A stretch of 63,673 nucleotides of DNA, filler included, from Octopus bimaculoides (GCF_001194135.2; 4 parts of 4 records of this genome joined end to end with filler, not necessarily neighbours in it); one strand, 5' to 3'; counted from the first letter of the whole stretch, positions 1-13,935 are shown. Numbers and translations are program-made. Notes: a model not told the origin generated them from the letters alone.

Positions 1-2394
1 TATATATATATATACAGGGGGAGAGAGAGAGAGAGAGAGAGGGGGAGGCAGATGGCTACAGGTATGTATGCATACATAATACATGCATACATAAGTACAT
101 ACATAAATACTCGCAGGTACTTACATTGCACTCTATCATCTTTAAAATGGATATAAAACATCCGAGAATGTAGTACTGGATCCCTAATGACCTGAGTAAA
201 GCATTGATTGTCGTAGCTAGTACAAAGGCAAGGATAAGAAAGCAAAGTGAAGCAGATCTATTTGCAAATTCTTGTGCACATAATTAGTTACGTATGGTGT
301 CCAAAGTGTGCTTAGGTGGGCTTAGGCTTCCTATGAGCAGAGTGTAGAAATTAGGTTCGATTTTCGCCCGGTTTCAAGACGACAAATATTATCAATATTT
401 GAACAAATATTACACAATGTTACAAATAATTATATCGGGATTCCATTAATTGATATATTAGTGTTACGTTGTTGTGTTGCAACTCCTTGCATGCATAGAA
501 AAGATCCAGGACGCAACAAAATACTGTATACCCTATGCCGAAAAGAATTTTATTTTTATTTTTTTACCCTTTAGAAGTCGTGTGCAGTTGTGAACTCCAT
601 TGGCTATCCGAGACTGGAAAATCAATATTGTGGATGTTCATTGTGAACCATAATAAATAGATATCTTCGGGAAAAACATTAGTGGAGTTGAAATTCAGAG
701 GATTGTTATCATGGGGAAAAACAACTAAAAAAAAAAAAAATGATTGGTTTTTCCTTTTGTTTTTTCTCGAACGTAAGAAAGTGTGCTGATCAAATTTGCA
801 AGCTCGGAATTGAAAGACTACTGTGATCGATTCCAATGCAATCAATCTTGAATATCTGGAGAAAAGTTGGACGTAGTGGTTATTGCTGGGCTAAAGTGTG
901 TGGTCAGTATGATCGCAGAGACAAGATATGTATGAGTGGTGGAGGTTTGAAAAGAGGTTGAGCGTAACTAGTTCGTTGCTACCGTATATTCTGTTATAGA
1001 AACGACAGAGAAGTTACATTAGAAAGAGAACACATTTGTAAGTAAGAGTTTGAAGTATTGGTTAATGAGTCTTTGCAAGCAGTCAACCGGAAAACGTTTT
1101 TTATGTAAACATTCTGCTTAAGATTTTGTTGTTCTTGTTATTTTTATTGAAATTCAGGTCAACCACATTCAGGTAGACCAATAGTCCAATGCATTTAAGC
1201 TGTTAGTATTTTTCTTTTTCTTTTTTTTTTTTTTTTTGGTGGATACATTGTTTAACTAAAGCTACATTATTTACTCTCCCTCTTTTGAAGTTGTGAGTGA
1301 GATTTAGCTGCTATTTTTAGCGTGTCAGTTAACGACCTCTACGCCCTTTGATTGGTTCGAGTTTAGCCTGTAAGTATATAGAGTCGTTGCACTGTCCCAA
1401 ATGTGAAACGAATATTCCACTGTAGGTATCCCTGTAGATTTGTAGAGAGTCGGCAACTGTTTGTAGCTCAGTTATATTCTGACCCTAGAAGTGGGAGGCT
1501 ATGGCCTGAAGACGTAGGACATTTCGTGACTTTCACTAACCCATTCACTCAATATCCGGATTTTTTTTATTCACCTAGTATTATGAGTATAGAAAGACAT
1601 GCATATGCACACATAATTACACACGTATAGACAAATTCACACACACACACATGCACACATACACAGAGAAAAATAACATACATATACACACATGCACGCA
1701 CATACACACACGTACACACATACGCATACACGCACGCACTTCATTCAATATATATATATATATATATACACATATATAGTTGCAAGCGCCACACTGACAT
1801 GTATGAGATCATGCTCACAGACACGCACATAGAGGCATACATATATGCATACATACATACATATATATATATAATTATTCTCAAACACACACACACACTC
1901 GCGCCCACACACGTGTACAACGATAAAAGGAATACAATAAGAGAGGAACGGGAAGGAAAAGAAAAGAAAAGCAATAAAAACGAGTTAATTATTTATAGGA
2001 AATGATACGTAATTATTATGTAGAGCCTCGGAGGAAAAAAGAAAGATTAGTGTGTGTGTGTAGTTCGAAAGATAAACAATAGATTGTATTTGAAAGGGAG
2101 ATTGTGTAAGTTATGCCAGCTGACTCTTATGTTAATGACAATTAAAAATAAACGGTGATGAAAAGTAAGATGGGACACACGGGAGTTAAATATGAATCAA
2201 ATGTATTAGTAATGAAATTTTATATTTAAAACGATAAAACAATAGAGATTTGGGAGAAGGTATAAAATGTTATTTATGTAGATTCAGAAGATAAACAAAT
2301 ACATTAGTCAGTAAATAATTGTGTTACATTGGTGGTTTAATATATGTCGTCGGAGAGTTAGAATTGATAAGAAAATATACGCGCTGAGGCAAAA

Positions 2395-2527
2395 TACGTG
2401 GCCGTGTCGTAAGAAGCTTACTCTCCAAAGTTCTGAGTTCATTCCAACTGTGTGACACATTGAGCAATTTGGGGCCAAACAAAGCCATTTGTGAGATTCG
2501 GTAGACAAAAATTGAAAAAGCCCGTCG

Positions 2528-2594
<67 letters not shown>

Positions 2595-2840
2595 NNNNNN
2601 NNNNNNNNNNNNNNNNNNNNNNNNNNNNNNNNNNNNNNNNNNNNNNNNNNNNNNNNNNNNNNNNNNNNNNNNNNNNNNNNNNNNNNNNNNNNNNNNNNNN
2701 NNNNNNNNNNNNNNNNNNNNNNNNAAAAAAAAAAAAAAAAATTTCAAGGGTGGATACATTGAACTAAAAATTCTTCAAGGCTGTGCTCCAGCATGGTTGT
2801 AGTCAAATGACTGAAACAAGTAAAAGATAAAAGATAAAAG
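2395..2840 (+). mobile_element. tRNA-derived SINE, family 1, degenerate, interrupted by (TA)n(TG)n and an N gap
   Basis: Head GTGGCCGTGTCGTAAG..., middle GGTAGAC..AAGCCCGTCG, tail CTCCAGCATGG..GTCAAATGACTGAAACAAGTAAAAGATAAAAG match the full copy at 38801-39208. Confidence 0.7.
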
Positions 2841-3378
2841 ATACAATCCTTATCTGTAACTTCCCATAGCTTGAAAGTTTTACTACTCTGTGCATTGACA
2901 AACGAAAGTCTCAACCTGACGCTGGCCTGAAAGAAAGCCACAAGATTATTCATCATCTTGCAATCAACAAATTTGGCCACCATTTTGAATGCAATATCTA
3001 TACTATTCGTCAACTCATTTATTAAATAATATTAAAAATGAAAGAAAAAATCAGAGCAGCACTCATGACTAACTTTCGGAAACGTTTTTTAGTGTTCAGA
3101 AGTGTCAAAGCATTGAATAAACTACTCGCATCAATTGTTAGCTGTCAGTACGTTGTTTCCTTCGTAAGTTCCATTTTACCTGAAATTCGTCAACATTACT
3201 CCTGGCGTACGCTTTTCGTTTTGAGTCTCTTTTATAGTTCAATTTTCTGTCACAGGCTTTCTTCTCTATACTGCAAGTGAATATTTGGTTTTCATTACTG
3301 TGTTTTTTTTTTACTTCACGTTTTTCTGAGTTTGTCACATATTTAACTCTTATCGGCTTGTTATTATCATTGTTATGA

Positions 3379-3386
3379 TTGTTTAT

Positions 3387-3468
<82 letters not shown>
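3379..3468. repeat. (ATT)n/(TAA)n microsatellite
   Basis: Direct reading; abuts an R4-type 3' end. Confidence 0.95.
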
Positions 3469-3603
3469 CAAATAGTTTTATTTTTATAACGTGCTTTCAC
3501 TGTACTACTGAGCGCAGCTCTGGGTGCCTTGGGTATGTGCTGTGGTTTGCTGTGATGCTCTTATGGTTGCTGTATTGAAAGTATTTTACGTAGAATGTGT
3601 GCA
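3469..3603 (-). mobile_element. R4/Dong-type LINE, 3' terminal fragment (tail type 1)
   Basis: Same 3' end as 7595-8100 and 61895-62210; (ATT)n on both sides. Confidence 0.8.
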
Positions 3604-3624
3604 ATTATTATTATTATTGCTATC

Positions 3625-3700
3625 AAGTCGGTGAGCTGGAGGATCGTTACCACTTTGTGAGAAATGCTTATCGACATTTCGTCCGTTTCAGTTGCGTAGC
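3625..3700 (+). mobile_element. tRNA-derived SINE family 2, head fragment
   Basis: GTCGGTGAGCTGGAGGATCGTTA...GAAATGCTTA..ATTTCGTC resembles the head at 29773. Confidence 0.5.
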
Positions 3701-4323
3701 GTAAAATGTGTCACGATGCATAAAAAAAACTTGAGTTGAAGAAAAAGAACAATAGAAGAATCATATCCTGCAACCAATAGACACATTTGCTCAATCCCCG
3801 GCAAAATCAAAATCATCAATGTCCCCCATGGCGACTTCATAGTAAAATCCATACCTAGACTCAAATTACATTCACGCAGCCATCGCAAATAGATGCAACT
3901 TAGACGTTTTTGTTTTTGTTAAATCTTTTAAACGTTAGATCTCCTACAAACACTCATATATATATAATATTTCTCAACTCAGCTTTTTTTCAATTTAAGA
4001 TGTTGCAAACAATTATGCTTTTTTGATCACAGTGAGACTAAAACTTTAGCATCCACTGATTGCAAAACCAGATACGTTTTATCTTCTTGTCAAAAGCTCT
4101 ATTACTTGATTTGTATATATTTATGTAAACTAATTTTTATCTTTTTACCATTGTAAAAAAATTATTACCTGATCTGAATGTTTGTGTGTAAGCTATTTTA
4201 TGACTCATCACAGAAAATACCCAAAGCCTCATACTCTACTTTTGAAAATCTTTCCAAATAAGTGAAACCTGTTAAGTTAATAAATACGTTTAAAAGACTC
4301 ATGCATTTTCAAATTCTTTTCTT

Positions 4324-4381
<58 letters not shown>

Positions 4382-4391
4382 NNNNNNNNNN

Positions 4392-4435
<44 letters not shown>

Positions 4436-5723
4436 GCATGACAGTAGAAATGCTTCAATATTCAACTATTTTCTCAGAATTATAATATTTCTTCTACTCC
4501 ACCATTATACAATTCCTTCTTCTTATATTGACTCGTTTCTTTTTTTGTCTTGTAAAGTTTTGTCTTCTTCGATGCAGCGCAAATTGCTCATTAAAAGTAT
4601 ATGGTGAGAGATGCAGAGAGAATTCTGGAAAAGATTTCATCATAGTACAGACTACTTTACAACATTATTTATCCTATAAGAGTAACTGTTGTTTTAGTTT
4701 GTACATGTTAAGCATGAATTTACGCAAACAGGTTTTGTACAGTTGTTTGATGTAGACTTGATTTTACATGTTGTCTAAATAGCTTAGTATACAGATATCG
4801 CTTCTCTACCTACGAATGCCTTAAATATAACTAAGAGGACTCTACATGTTATCAATGAATATTTTAATAATGAATGATATTCAAGCTGACGTTTTTCAAA
4901 ACCCTTATAGACTATATCTGCAGTTAATCAACTGAAATTAAGGTTCCTTCGCAGACAATACAATCTTCCCATTGTTTTGACATTGACATTTCAGCTGTCA
5001 CACATAGGTTTGTCTTGTTCACTTCGTCATTTTTCTCGTTCTTTATTTCACGAATTTCCTCTTTTAGCTACGATGAAGCATATACAACACATTGTAGATG
5101 TCATTTTTCTTAGTATTTTATAAGCGAAGACTTGAGTGTGTAGTTGAGTTATTCAGTTACCAGTCAGGTTGTTTGAGTTTTGAGCCCATTACGTGGTACT
5201 TTTAGCCGCCTTAGCCTCATATTGATTGACCAAATTCGTATGAATGATAAACAATGGAAAAATTTCGTATTATGAAACGCACTCGATGCTCATGTTTTCG
5301 TTGGTAGTTATTATGTTACTTGGTTTAACAACACTTAATGGACGTTTTTTTATGAGATCCACTCTGTTACCAAGTAATCATTTTCTTAAAGTTTGCGTTC
5401 TCTCTTTTTATGTGTATGTGTATGAGTTTGTGCATATGTGTGTATAAGGATATATCTTCCAATGCATTGTTGCGTGGTCATTCTCACTGTTCGCCACTAT
5501 CGTGTATATGCAAGCATAAACCTCACTCAGAATGTCGTCTCACTGTTCTATTTTTGTATAAACATTATAATTTTATAAAGTATTTCGATTTTAAACTACT
5601 GCAGTTTCTTGTTGATGTATTGATTCATTTTAGCCTGGACAAGCTAGCTTTTCAAGAAATCAATGAATGTCATACTTGCTAATTACTATTCGGAATGAAG
5701 ATTTCGACTCAAACGTTTGGAAT

Positions 5724-5774
5724 GTTCGTTACTGAGGAGACAGAATAAGGTCGAAATTCCAGGATTTGATGGTC
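5724..5774 (+). ncRNA. Candidate degenerate type I hammerhead ribozyme
   Basis: CTGAGGA (5732-5738), stem II GAC/GTC with 8-nt loop, GAAA (5753-5756), short stem III, 6-bp stem I with three G:U pairs. Confidence 0.4.
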
Positions 5775-7249
5775 CAGTAAACTCATACTAAGGAAGATTT
5801 GACATCAGTACACAGTCTCTAAATAGAAAATTCTCTGATATAAAATATTACAGCTAATGCCATTCTACGTTTGTATACAAATATATAAATGTTATACGCA
5901 TATTTATCTTACTGTAATACTGTTTTATGTGCATATTTTCATTATTCATATATAGAAAAAATAAAATGCACAATGATTTATCTCTTCCGCGATATATTTC
6001 ATTTCATGCTTATCTGTCTTTTCTTTCCGTTTTCTATGACATACCTGTAATTGTAATGACAAAGGCCAGTCTTTGTCAAATTTCGAAAACGGAGGATATT
6101 ATGACAGAAAATTCTAAGGAGTCAATAAATATTTTCTAAACACTTTTTTTTATTAATAAACTTTACTCAAACTCATCGTTTCTAGAAAAAGAGTTAGTGG
6201 AAATTTTGAAAAACAAATGATTTGCGAAATGATGGAATAAAATTCTCTGGAAGGTCAAAGTGGTATAAATTTGAACCATCAATGTTTTGGATTGAGTATC
6301 GCCTACTACTGTTGCAATCGAAGTCAAACATTATACAAAAGAATGAACTAACTCAAACAATAGACTATTTAAGGCAAATGCTATTATAAAATGCAAGAAT
6401 TTGCTGTTACTGGAGTCTCCACTCAAATTTGTATCTTTGCTGTGTTTCTAAGAAAGTTTGGTGTACTACAACTTAAATCGCCTCTCATAAGTAATATCTC
6501 TCCTTTCAGCAAAATATGAAAACAGTGACGGGTATTTTATATGTCATCAGAACTAAACTTCATAAAATCAGAAATGAAGAACTATGAGAGTTAGGGATGT
6601 CTATAGTGAGACGCAAGAGGTAGCAGATATCACAGATAAATCACAATGAAACTAAAATAAGATGCTCAGAGTTTGCAATTTTAATATCGTGAGAGATTAA
6701 TTTTTAAATAGAATGAAACAAATTTATAACCGAGAGTGAATTAGACTTATTCAGTGCAATTAATCTTCAATTACCAAAGAGTAAAACGATTTATGAGTAA
6801 ACAAATCCGCTTGTTATTGCCAACAATTCGATGTGAAATCGGTAGCGAAATGATATATATCAATATTAATTATAAATGCTATCTATATCTATATATATAG
6901 ATGTTGGATAGTAGGATTCAAGCAGCGTGAGTCCCATGTCACTTAACTACTAATGATGATGCAATATCTGCTATAAATTTTATCAAATTTAGTCACTTTA
7001 TGTAGCTTTATTTAGTCATCAAGGGGCGATGATTCGATAAAAAAAAAACAATCTGAATTCGACGATGGGTGAGTTTAGAGTTGGTAATGGGTGATATGGG
7101 AAGCGATATGTTATCACAATATGTACCATAACAACAAAATTCCAACACACAGCACTGAACATGCGTCGCGCTATTCCATCACAAAGTGCCCCGAGGTTGA
7201 CGATATTCAAGACCTCAACAGTCAATGTAAAAGTAAAAGGTAAAATTAG

Positions 7250-7445
7250 TTTTTCGTGTCATGCCGACTCATAAGGGCCGGTTTCCCGTGTTTCCAGTCG
7301 TATATATCCCTACCTGAACGGGACACAGGGCAGTTACAGGATTACTCCTTTTTGACAGCTGAGTAGACTGGAGCAATGTGAAATGAAGTGTTTTGCTCAA
7401 GAAGACAAAGCATCACCCAGTCTAGGAATCTAAACCACAATCTTA
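7250..7445 (-). mobile_element. tRNA-derived SINE family 3, degenerate
   Basis: Reverse complement of TTGAGCAA.ACACTTCATTTCAC.TTGCTCCAGT..ACTCAGCTG, as at 45615-45787. Confidence 0.55.
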
Positions 7446-7594
7446 CGACCATGTTTCCAGCCACGACAGCCACTCAGTCGCGCTCCTCCACGGCGCAGGC
7501 AATGCTGGGCTTGTTGTTCGACGAAAATGCTAGAATATGAGAATATGTCATCAATGAGAAGATATTCTGATCGTGATTCATTATTATTATTATT

Positions 7595-8100
7595 GTTCAG
7601 TAGTTTTATTTTTAAAACGTGCTTTCACTTCACTACCGAGCGCAGCTCTGTGCGCCTTGGGTATGTGCTGTGGTTTGCTGTGGTGCTTTTATGTTTACTG
7701 TATTGAAAGTGTTTTGCGTAGAATGTGTGCAGTACCCAGTAGTGCAATTTTCTGTATGTTACATATATTTGTAAGTCCTGCTATTTTTGTTATGTATTTG
7801 TCTGAGTATTTTTTAATTATACCTAAGGCATGATAGGAATTGTTTCTGTTTTTAGACTCCACATTCGAGTTATCTCTATTTCCAGGTCTTTGTATTTTNN
7901 NNNNNNNNNNNNNNNNNNNNNNNNNNNNNNNNNNNNNNNNNNNNNNNNNNNNNNNNNNNNNNNNNNNNNNNNNNNNNNNNNNNNNNNNNNNNNNNNGGTT
8001 GCTTTCTCGTTTTCTGTGACCTTTTCTGGCGTGTGTTTATACCATCTTTTTTCTGTTGTTATTCCATAGTGTTGGCATAGCTTCCAGTGTATATAGGTCC
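7595..8100 (-). mobile_element. R4/Dong-type LINE 3' portion (RLE C-terminus plus 3' UTR, tail type 1)
   Basis: Minus strand encodes ...LGIIKKYSDKYITK...IQKIALLGTAHILRKTLSIQ, typical RLE-clade C-terminus; (ATT)n on both sides. Confidence 0.85.
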
Positions 8101-8101
8101 C

Positions 8102-8141
<40 letters not shown>

Positions 8142-8795
8142 GTGTCGAGCGGGCAAAAAGGTTAGCACGCTGGTCGAACTGCTTCGCGGTATAACGGCTC
8201 TGTGAATTATTGTGAATTATTGTGAATTACTGTGAATACTGTTGTGTTACTTTGTGAAAACTGTCTCGGTGAATAATTGTGATTTTTGTGGAATTATTAC
8301 GGTTACGTTTCACGCGAGCTGCTGCGTTTTTTTCCCCAGCTATGGCAAGTGGTAGTGTCTCCAGTATGGAGAGCTACGCCAAGGCCACTGCGGTGAGGAC
8401 ACCAGTACCGTTAGAAACCAAGGTAATCAAGTTGGATATGGAGGAGGTGACCAGAAGCAGGAATTTGATAGAAGTTGAGGGAGACTCATACAAATTGTGC
8501 CCAGCAAAAGAGACTAAAGAAGAAAAAATTCTGAGGACAGTTGTGTATCTTACGCAGGCTGTCGAAACCTGTAAAATTGAAATGGTGACGGAAGAGGAAA
8601 TCGAGGAGTGCCTGGGTGAAATTGTGAATGAAGCCACGTACATCAACAGAGGAAGAAAGTTCGGTACGGTAGAGGTGAGGTTCGCCACTATAGAAGAGGC
8701 AAAGGAGTGAAAAAATAGCATTACTACCAAGTTATAGAGGAAGAAGAAGTGTGACAATACGTATTCTCAGAGTTACACCAGAAATTAAACTAGAT
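8142..8795 (+). mobile_element. 5' end of a non-LTR retrotransposon with gag/RRM-like ORF1 fragment (ATG 8342, stop 8710, frameshifted continuation LPSYRGRRSVTIRI)
   Basis: 143-codon ORF 8279-8710 with GRKFGTVEVRFATIEEAK; leader with tandem TGTGAATTA(T/C) repeats; starts at an (ATT)n tract, cut by a SINE; clade not determined. Confidence 0.55.
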
Positions 8796-8930
8796 TCCGC
8801 CAAGGTCGACTTTGTCTTTCATCCTTTCGGGGTCGATTAAATAAGTACCAATTACGCACTGGGGTCGATGTAATAGACTTAATACTTTTCCACAAATTTG
8901 AAGCCTTGTGCCTCTAGTAGAAAGGATTGT
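8796..8930 (+). mobile_element. SINE family 2, central domain and tail
   Basis: GGTCGACTTTGTCTTTCATCCTTTCGGGGTCGATTAAATAAGTACCA...GGGGTCGATGTAAT; followed by (CTT)n(ATT)n. Confidence 0.8.
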
Positions 8931-8934
8931 TCTT

Positions 8935-9012
<78 letters not shown>

Positions 9013-9013
9013 T

Positions 9014-10262
9014 ATTGTACTTCCACAGCTTCTATCGCTGGAGACATACTACGGTGAAAGCTGTTCAATACCAGTGAACTAAGGTAATACCCCTTATTTT
9101 TTCGAGCACCATCTGGAGTATTCGAGCTGTTTTCTGCAAGTGCTCCACCGTTATTGCATCCCCTATTCGTTCCATGTACTTCTCAGGATTTTTACTCACT
9201 GTCCTCAGGCCCCGAGAAATATTAGTACTACCACCTTTTTCAGTGACCACAACTGTTTGAACTCCCAGGCTAATCTGTCATATCCTATTGATTTTTCTTT
9301 CTTCCTTATCGCATGTCTTGTTGTCAGCAGGACATGCTATATCTATGATCCAGCATCGCTTGCTTTATTTCTCAATAAACTCTGTCTGATTTCCTACTCC
9401 CTATCTGATGGTCACACAGAATCATAAAATCCCATAGGATCTTTGCATTATCATTTTCGGTGATGTCTTCAGGTTCATGTTCGTACCACTTATTCGCTGT
9501 GTCGAATCTATATTTGTCGCAAAGTTTCCAGTACACAATCTTTGCCATATTGTCATGACGTCTCTTATATTCTTTCTGGGCTAATGGCGTACATTGACTA
9601 GTAATATGCCATACGGTTCCACCAGCTTGTCCACAAATTCTGCACTTATCACTTTCTGTTGTGTTGTCTATTCTGTATTTTATGTAGTTTGTTCTTAGTG
9701 CTTTCTCTTGGGCAGCACAGATTAGAGCCTTCGCTTCCGGTTTTAAATCACTTTTAGTCGTCCATAGCGATCTTTTTCTCTATCTGTCTTATCTTTAGCA
9801 TCCCTATGAAATTGTCCATGCATTCGTTTCTTTATCCACCTATTTTCAGTTTCATTCATTCTCAAGTGCATGTACAGTGCTTTATCTTTGCAATCTTCTA
9901 TCATAGACAAGCCTAACCTTCTTACTTCCAATAATAGTGGTTCTGTGGCAATTTTTACATACTATGCTATGTTGTTTTCTTATGCTCTAATGCTGTGTTC
10001 ATATCCAATCAGTCCTCTTCTCCCTCTTTTTCTTGGTACATACAGTCTGTCCGTGTCACTTTTTGGGTGGAGTATCCCATATCTAATCAGCAACTTCCTT
10101 GTCTTTCTGTCTAAGCTGCTTAGTTGGTCTACTCTCCATGCGATTACCTTTGCTCCATATCTAAGTCATGAAATCGCCCAGATATTGATGGCTTCAATAT
10201 TATTCCGTCCGTTTAATTTCGACTTAAGGATCAGACTCAGTCTGCACAAGCACTCCACCTAA
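9014..10262 (-). mobile_element. R4/Dong-type LINE, thumb/zinc-knuckle/RLE region plus 3' UTR (tail type 2), decayed
   Basis: Minus frames give HPKSDTDRLYVPRKRGRRGLIG, QEKALRTNYIKYRID..CRICG, RRHDNMAKIV.WKLC, WYEHEP..ILWDF, HLQKTARIL. Confidence 0.9.
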
Positions 10263-10263
10263 A

Positions 10264-10315
<52 letters not shown>

Positions 10316-10381
10316 TTATTATTATTATCATCATCATTATTATCATTATTATCATTATTATTATTATTATTTATATTATTT

Positions 10382-11295
10382 ACTTTTAATCTGTATGTTT
10401 GTTACAATCACCCGTATGCTGCCAGGTCCGTCCTCCAATTCGCCATACGTTTTCTATGAAATCCCTCAACATTCGATGCGATACCAAATAGGTTCGTAAC
10501 TCCATAATCCAAGAATTTGGGATCATATGGTACACCTTTCTACAGTCGATCAATGACATGGCTAAGTTACTTTTCCTCCTCTTGCAGTCTCTGAGGAGAG
10601 TTTTACCTATTAGGAGTTGATCCTTGGAACCTCTACACTTATGCTTGCAACCCTTCTGTTCATGTGAAGGACTCCATTTTTTTCCAGGTGTTCTAATACT
10701 CAGCGAGTATTCCAGTCAATAACTTCCACATAAGTGGCAAACAGGATATCGGCCTGTAATTGTCTACCGTATTGCCTTTTTCGATGTTTTTCAGGCGCAG
10801 CACTATCCTACCCAATGTCAACCACTCTAGTGTTACTTGATCGGCATTTAACGAGGTGTTGAGTTGAGCAGCTATTCGTGAATGACATTCACCAAATCTT
10901 TTGATCCAGTAGCCTTGAACTCCATCTCGTCCCAGGGCCTTCCAGTTGCTCATTCTTTTTTTTTTTTGCTGATTTCCTTCACTTCCCTAACTGAAATACT
11001 AGTTCTGCCTGTTTTGGACAGACTACTGTTTGTCTCAGTTCTTGCAATCATGCAGCATCCTTCTTGTGATCCTTGTCTTATTCCAGATGTCACTCCAAAA
11101 CCTTTGACTTTCAATGTTATCTGGTATCAACTTTTCATCTGAACACTCTCCATTTATTTCTTTATATAATCCCTTCTGATCTACTCTGAATAACCTATTC
11201 TGGTGGTAACTCTTCATTCTTTGGTCGTATCTTACCATCATTGCAACGAGGCGCTTTTTCAGTTCCTCCACTACTACTTTCATACCTAAGGCGCC
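10382..11295 (-). mobile_element. R4/Dong-type LINE, N-terminal RT fragment
   Basis: ORFs 11035-11283 (YHQNRLFRVDQKGLYKEING) and 10693-10953 (NWKALGRDGVQGYWIK...[17 protein letters not shown]), then [14 protein letters not shown]. Confidence 0.9.
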
Positions 11296-11334
<39 letters not shown>

Positions 11335-13784
11335 AAAATATGCGGGATATTTGCCATTTAGTGGTTACTAACTATTTTTGTTTTATCTTAGGAAGGTAAT
11401 AATGCCAATAATATAGCACAGCATGTTTCTATTTTACTTATTTAAGTATAAGTCAAACAAACAATTAGAGAATTCGTCAAATACTTAACTAATTAACTAA
11501 TAATAATAATAATAATAAATTAAAACAGAACCACAGCATGAGTTTACCGTTGGCAAAACGATTCTTCTAAGATAAACAAAATCTGTTCCAACAAGCGATT
11601 TCACATCAAGAATCTTGCAAACCAAATTACGAAAGAGAAAGACCACAAATTTATATATTATACGTAATGTGCCAAGTTTGGAAGACTCTGAGTCTCCAAG
11701 CAAGATTACTCTAAGTGACGACCCATACCAAATCTAACTATGTTACATAAACTTTAATATCTGGTCGCCTTAAAAACATATCGATTTTATTAGCGAAGAC
11801 TAGATGTCTGAAATGCGATTTTAACTTTAGGAAATTACTGCTCGGAGCCATAACTTACTAAAATTCTTTTTAAGTTTATACATACATATTTACACATCAA
11901 ACAGCGAACACACATTCATACACCCACACAAACACATAGGCCCACACATACATTCACACAAGTATATGTTTTTAATAAAGTTAATGGGAATAATATTTTT
12001 ATACTTTTTTCAGGGCCAGTTGTTTCAAAGGTGCCGCTCTTCATGTACCGCATACGTTATTATATTTGAAAATAAAATCTTGAAATACGACAGGGAAACT
12101 CGTTTTCAATCTTCCTTTCTTTTTAATTATATCACAATTGTCTTTTAAGAGGGATATTTGTGATGCAATACATGTTGGACAGTCAACATTAGAAAGTACT
12201 TATCCATATCAATCGATGAAATACGTTTCATTTGATAACTGAGATTGGTGTCTTGAACAACCTACTTGAAGATCAGTTTGGACTGACTAATATGGTTACA
12301 CGCATGGGCTGAGAGGATTAACGTTTTGGGTAGCCCCGGAACCATACTAGTCGCATAGATCCATGGCATATAGAATGGGATATAGACGATGACCATCCCT
12401 TCCTTTATATAAAATAGAAATTTTGGACAGGAAAAATAATAAGCCTATAAACTTTAAATTCAAATAAAATTGAGCATTCGGTAAGAAATGATAGAAAATA
12501 TTGAGATAAAAATACGTATGGCGGATATAATGAAACACTTAGGTGGGAACAGAAGAGTTACGTCAATGTTTTATTAAGTTTAAAGATATCAAACTATGGA
12601 GATATAAATCAAGGTCAACAATTGAATTGTAAAACAAATCGACTCCACATGATTTTAATTTTCCTAATCTTATATGATATTTACAATTATAAATAAGTAT
12701 ATCGCCTCATATATTTTCGATGCGAGTCATGAAGCTTAAAATATTGAGAGGTGAGAAATTTAGAGCAAAGTACTTGGTGATTAATTCTCTCATTTAAGAA
12801 ATTTTGCCTTACGTAACTTTAAAATACTTTGTAGAATAGGTATGTACACATAGTGACAGAACATTAAAGAAATAATAGTAAATTTCTTTCAAATAATACT
12901 TTATAGTCTTAAGAAACAAAAGTTCAATAATGTGACCCAAGACACACTATATCTAATAGATAAGAAGATGAACGAGAAACGGACGCTCAAAGCTGGAATA
13001 TTGTTTGCTTTTGGGACGGTTTCATTTCTGCTACCTTTGGTTAGGCAACAATAACCTTCTGGAACTGAATAAATGTCCCAGCATTCTATTTATGCTCTGA
13101 TGTATAAACTCTCTGACTATCGGTTTGATGATTTCTTCCATTCGGTAGAGAAATAAATCATAGGATATATTTCAGTTTCTAGTTCGAATCCCACATTTAC
13201 ATATACAATAGCTCTGGGAAAAACTTGATCATGACCTAACTTATTGAATCCAATAAGTCTTAAATTCTTGAATGCCGCAAGCAATCAAAATTAATGAGTC
13301 AATAAAATCTAATAAATTAGACATTTTCATTATGTCATTTTTCAAAGCAAATTAACACATTTTCTTCCTTTTCTAAATAAATCATCTGTTAAACATACTG
13401 ACATTAGTCTGTTTAGTATACGCTGTTAAACAGTGATGGTAATCCGAGTTGATAATGCATAGTTTGTCAGCCGAATAATTAAGACTAGTTCTCGGCGCCG
13501 TGAAACGTCGGTACCTTGAAATGTCTGTGGCTTTAATATTTAATTTTTCATAGTCTGACCATTATTTTAAAGTACTAAACCTTAACTGTTTGCTGAAATA
13601 GACTGAAGGATATAACATTCAGAAGTGTTTATGTAGCTTTCACGAGTTCAATTTTTTATTCCGTTAGAAAGAGAATCAGCCTGAATTCTTCCAGTTCCTA
13701 CTTATCAGGAAATAGTGCAAGAAGACAAAGTACGACCCAATAGATTATGAAGTTCACTCAGTGTTTTGATGTAATATAGTGAGT

Positions 13785-13935
13785 AGACGGAATTGTTATA
13801 TGTTGGACAAAATGCTTAGTAGCGTTTCGTCTCCTCATTATATTCAGTTTTCACATTCTGCCGAGGTTGACTTTTCATTTCCTTCTTTCTAGGACGATGA
13901 AATAAGTACCAGTTGAGCCCTGAATTTGAAGCAAT
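13785..13935 (+). mobile_element. SINE family 2, degenerate
   Basis: AAATGCTTAG..TTTCGTC...CCGAGGTTGACTTT...ATAAGTACCAGTTGAGC. Confidence 0.5.

Noticed and set aside
564-845. 93-aa ORF in balanced-composition sequence
   Set aside because: No recognisable motif, poly-A-derived Phe run; probably decayed repeat
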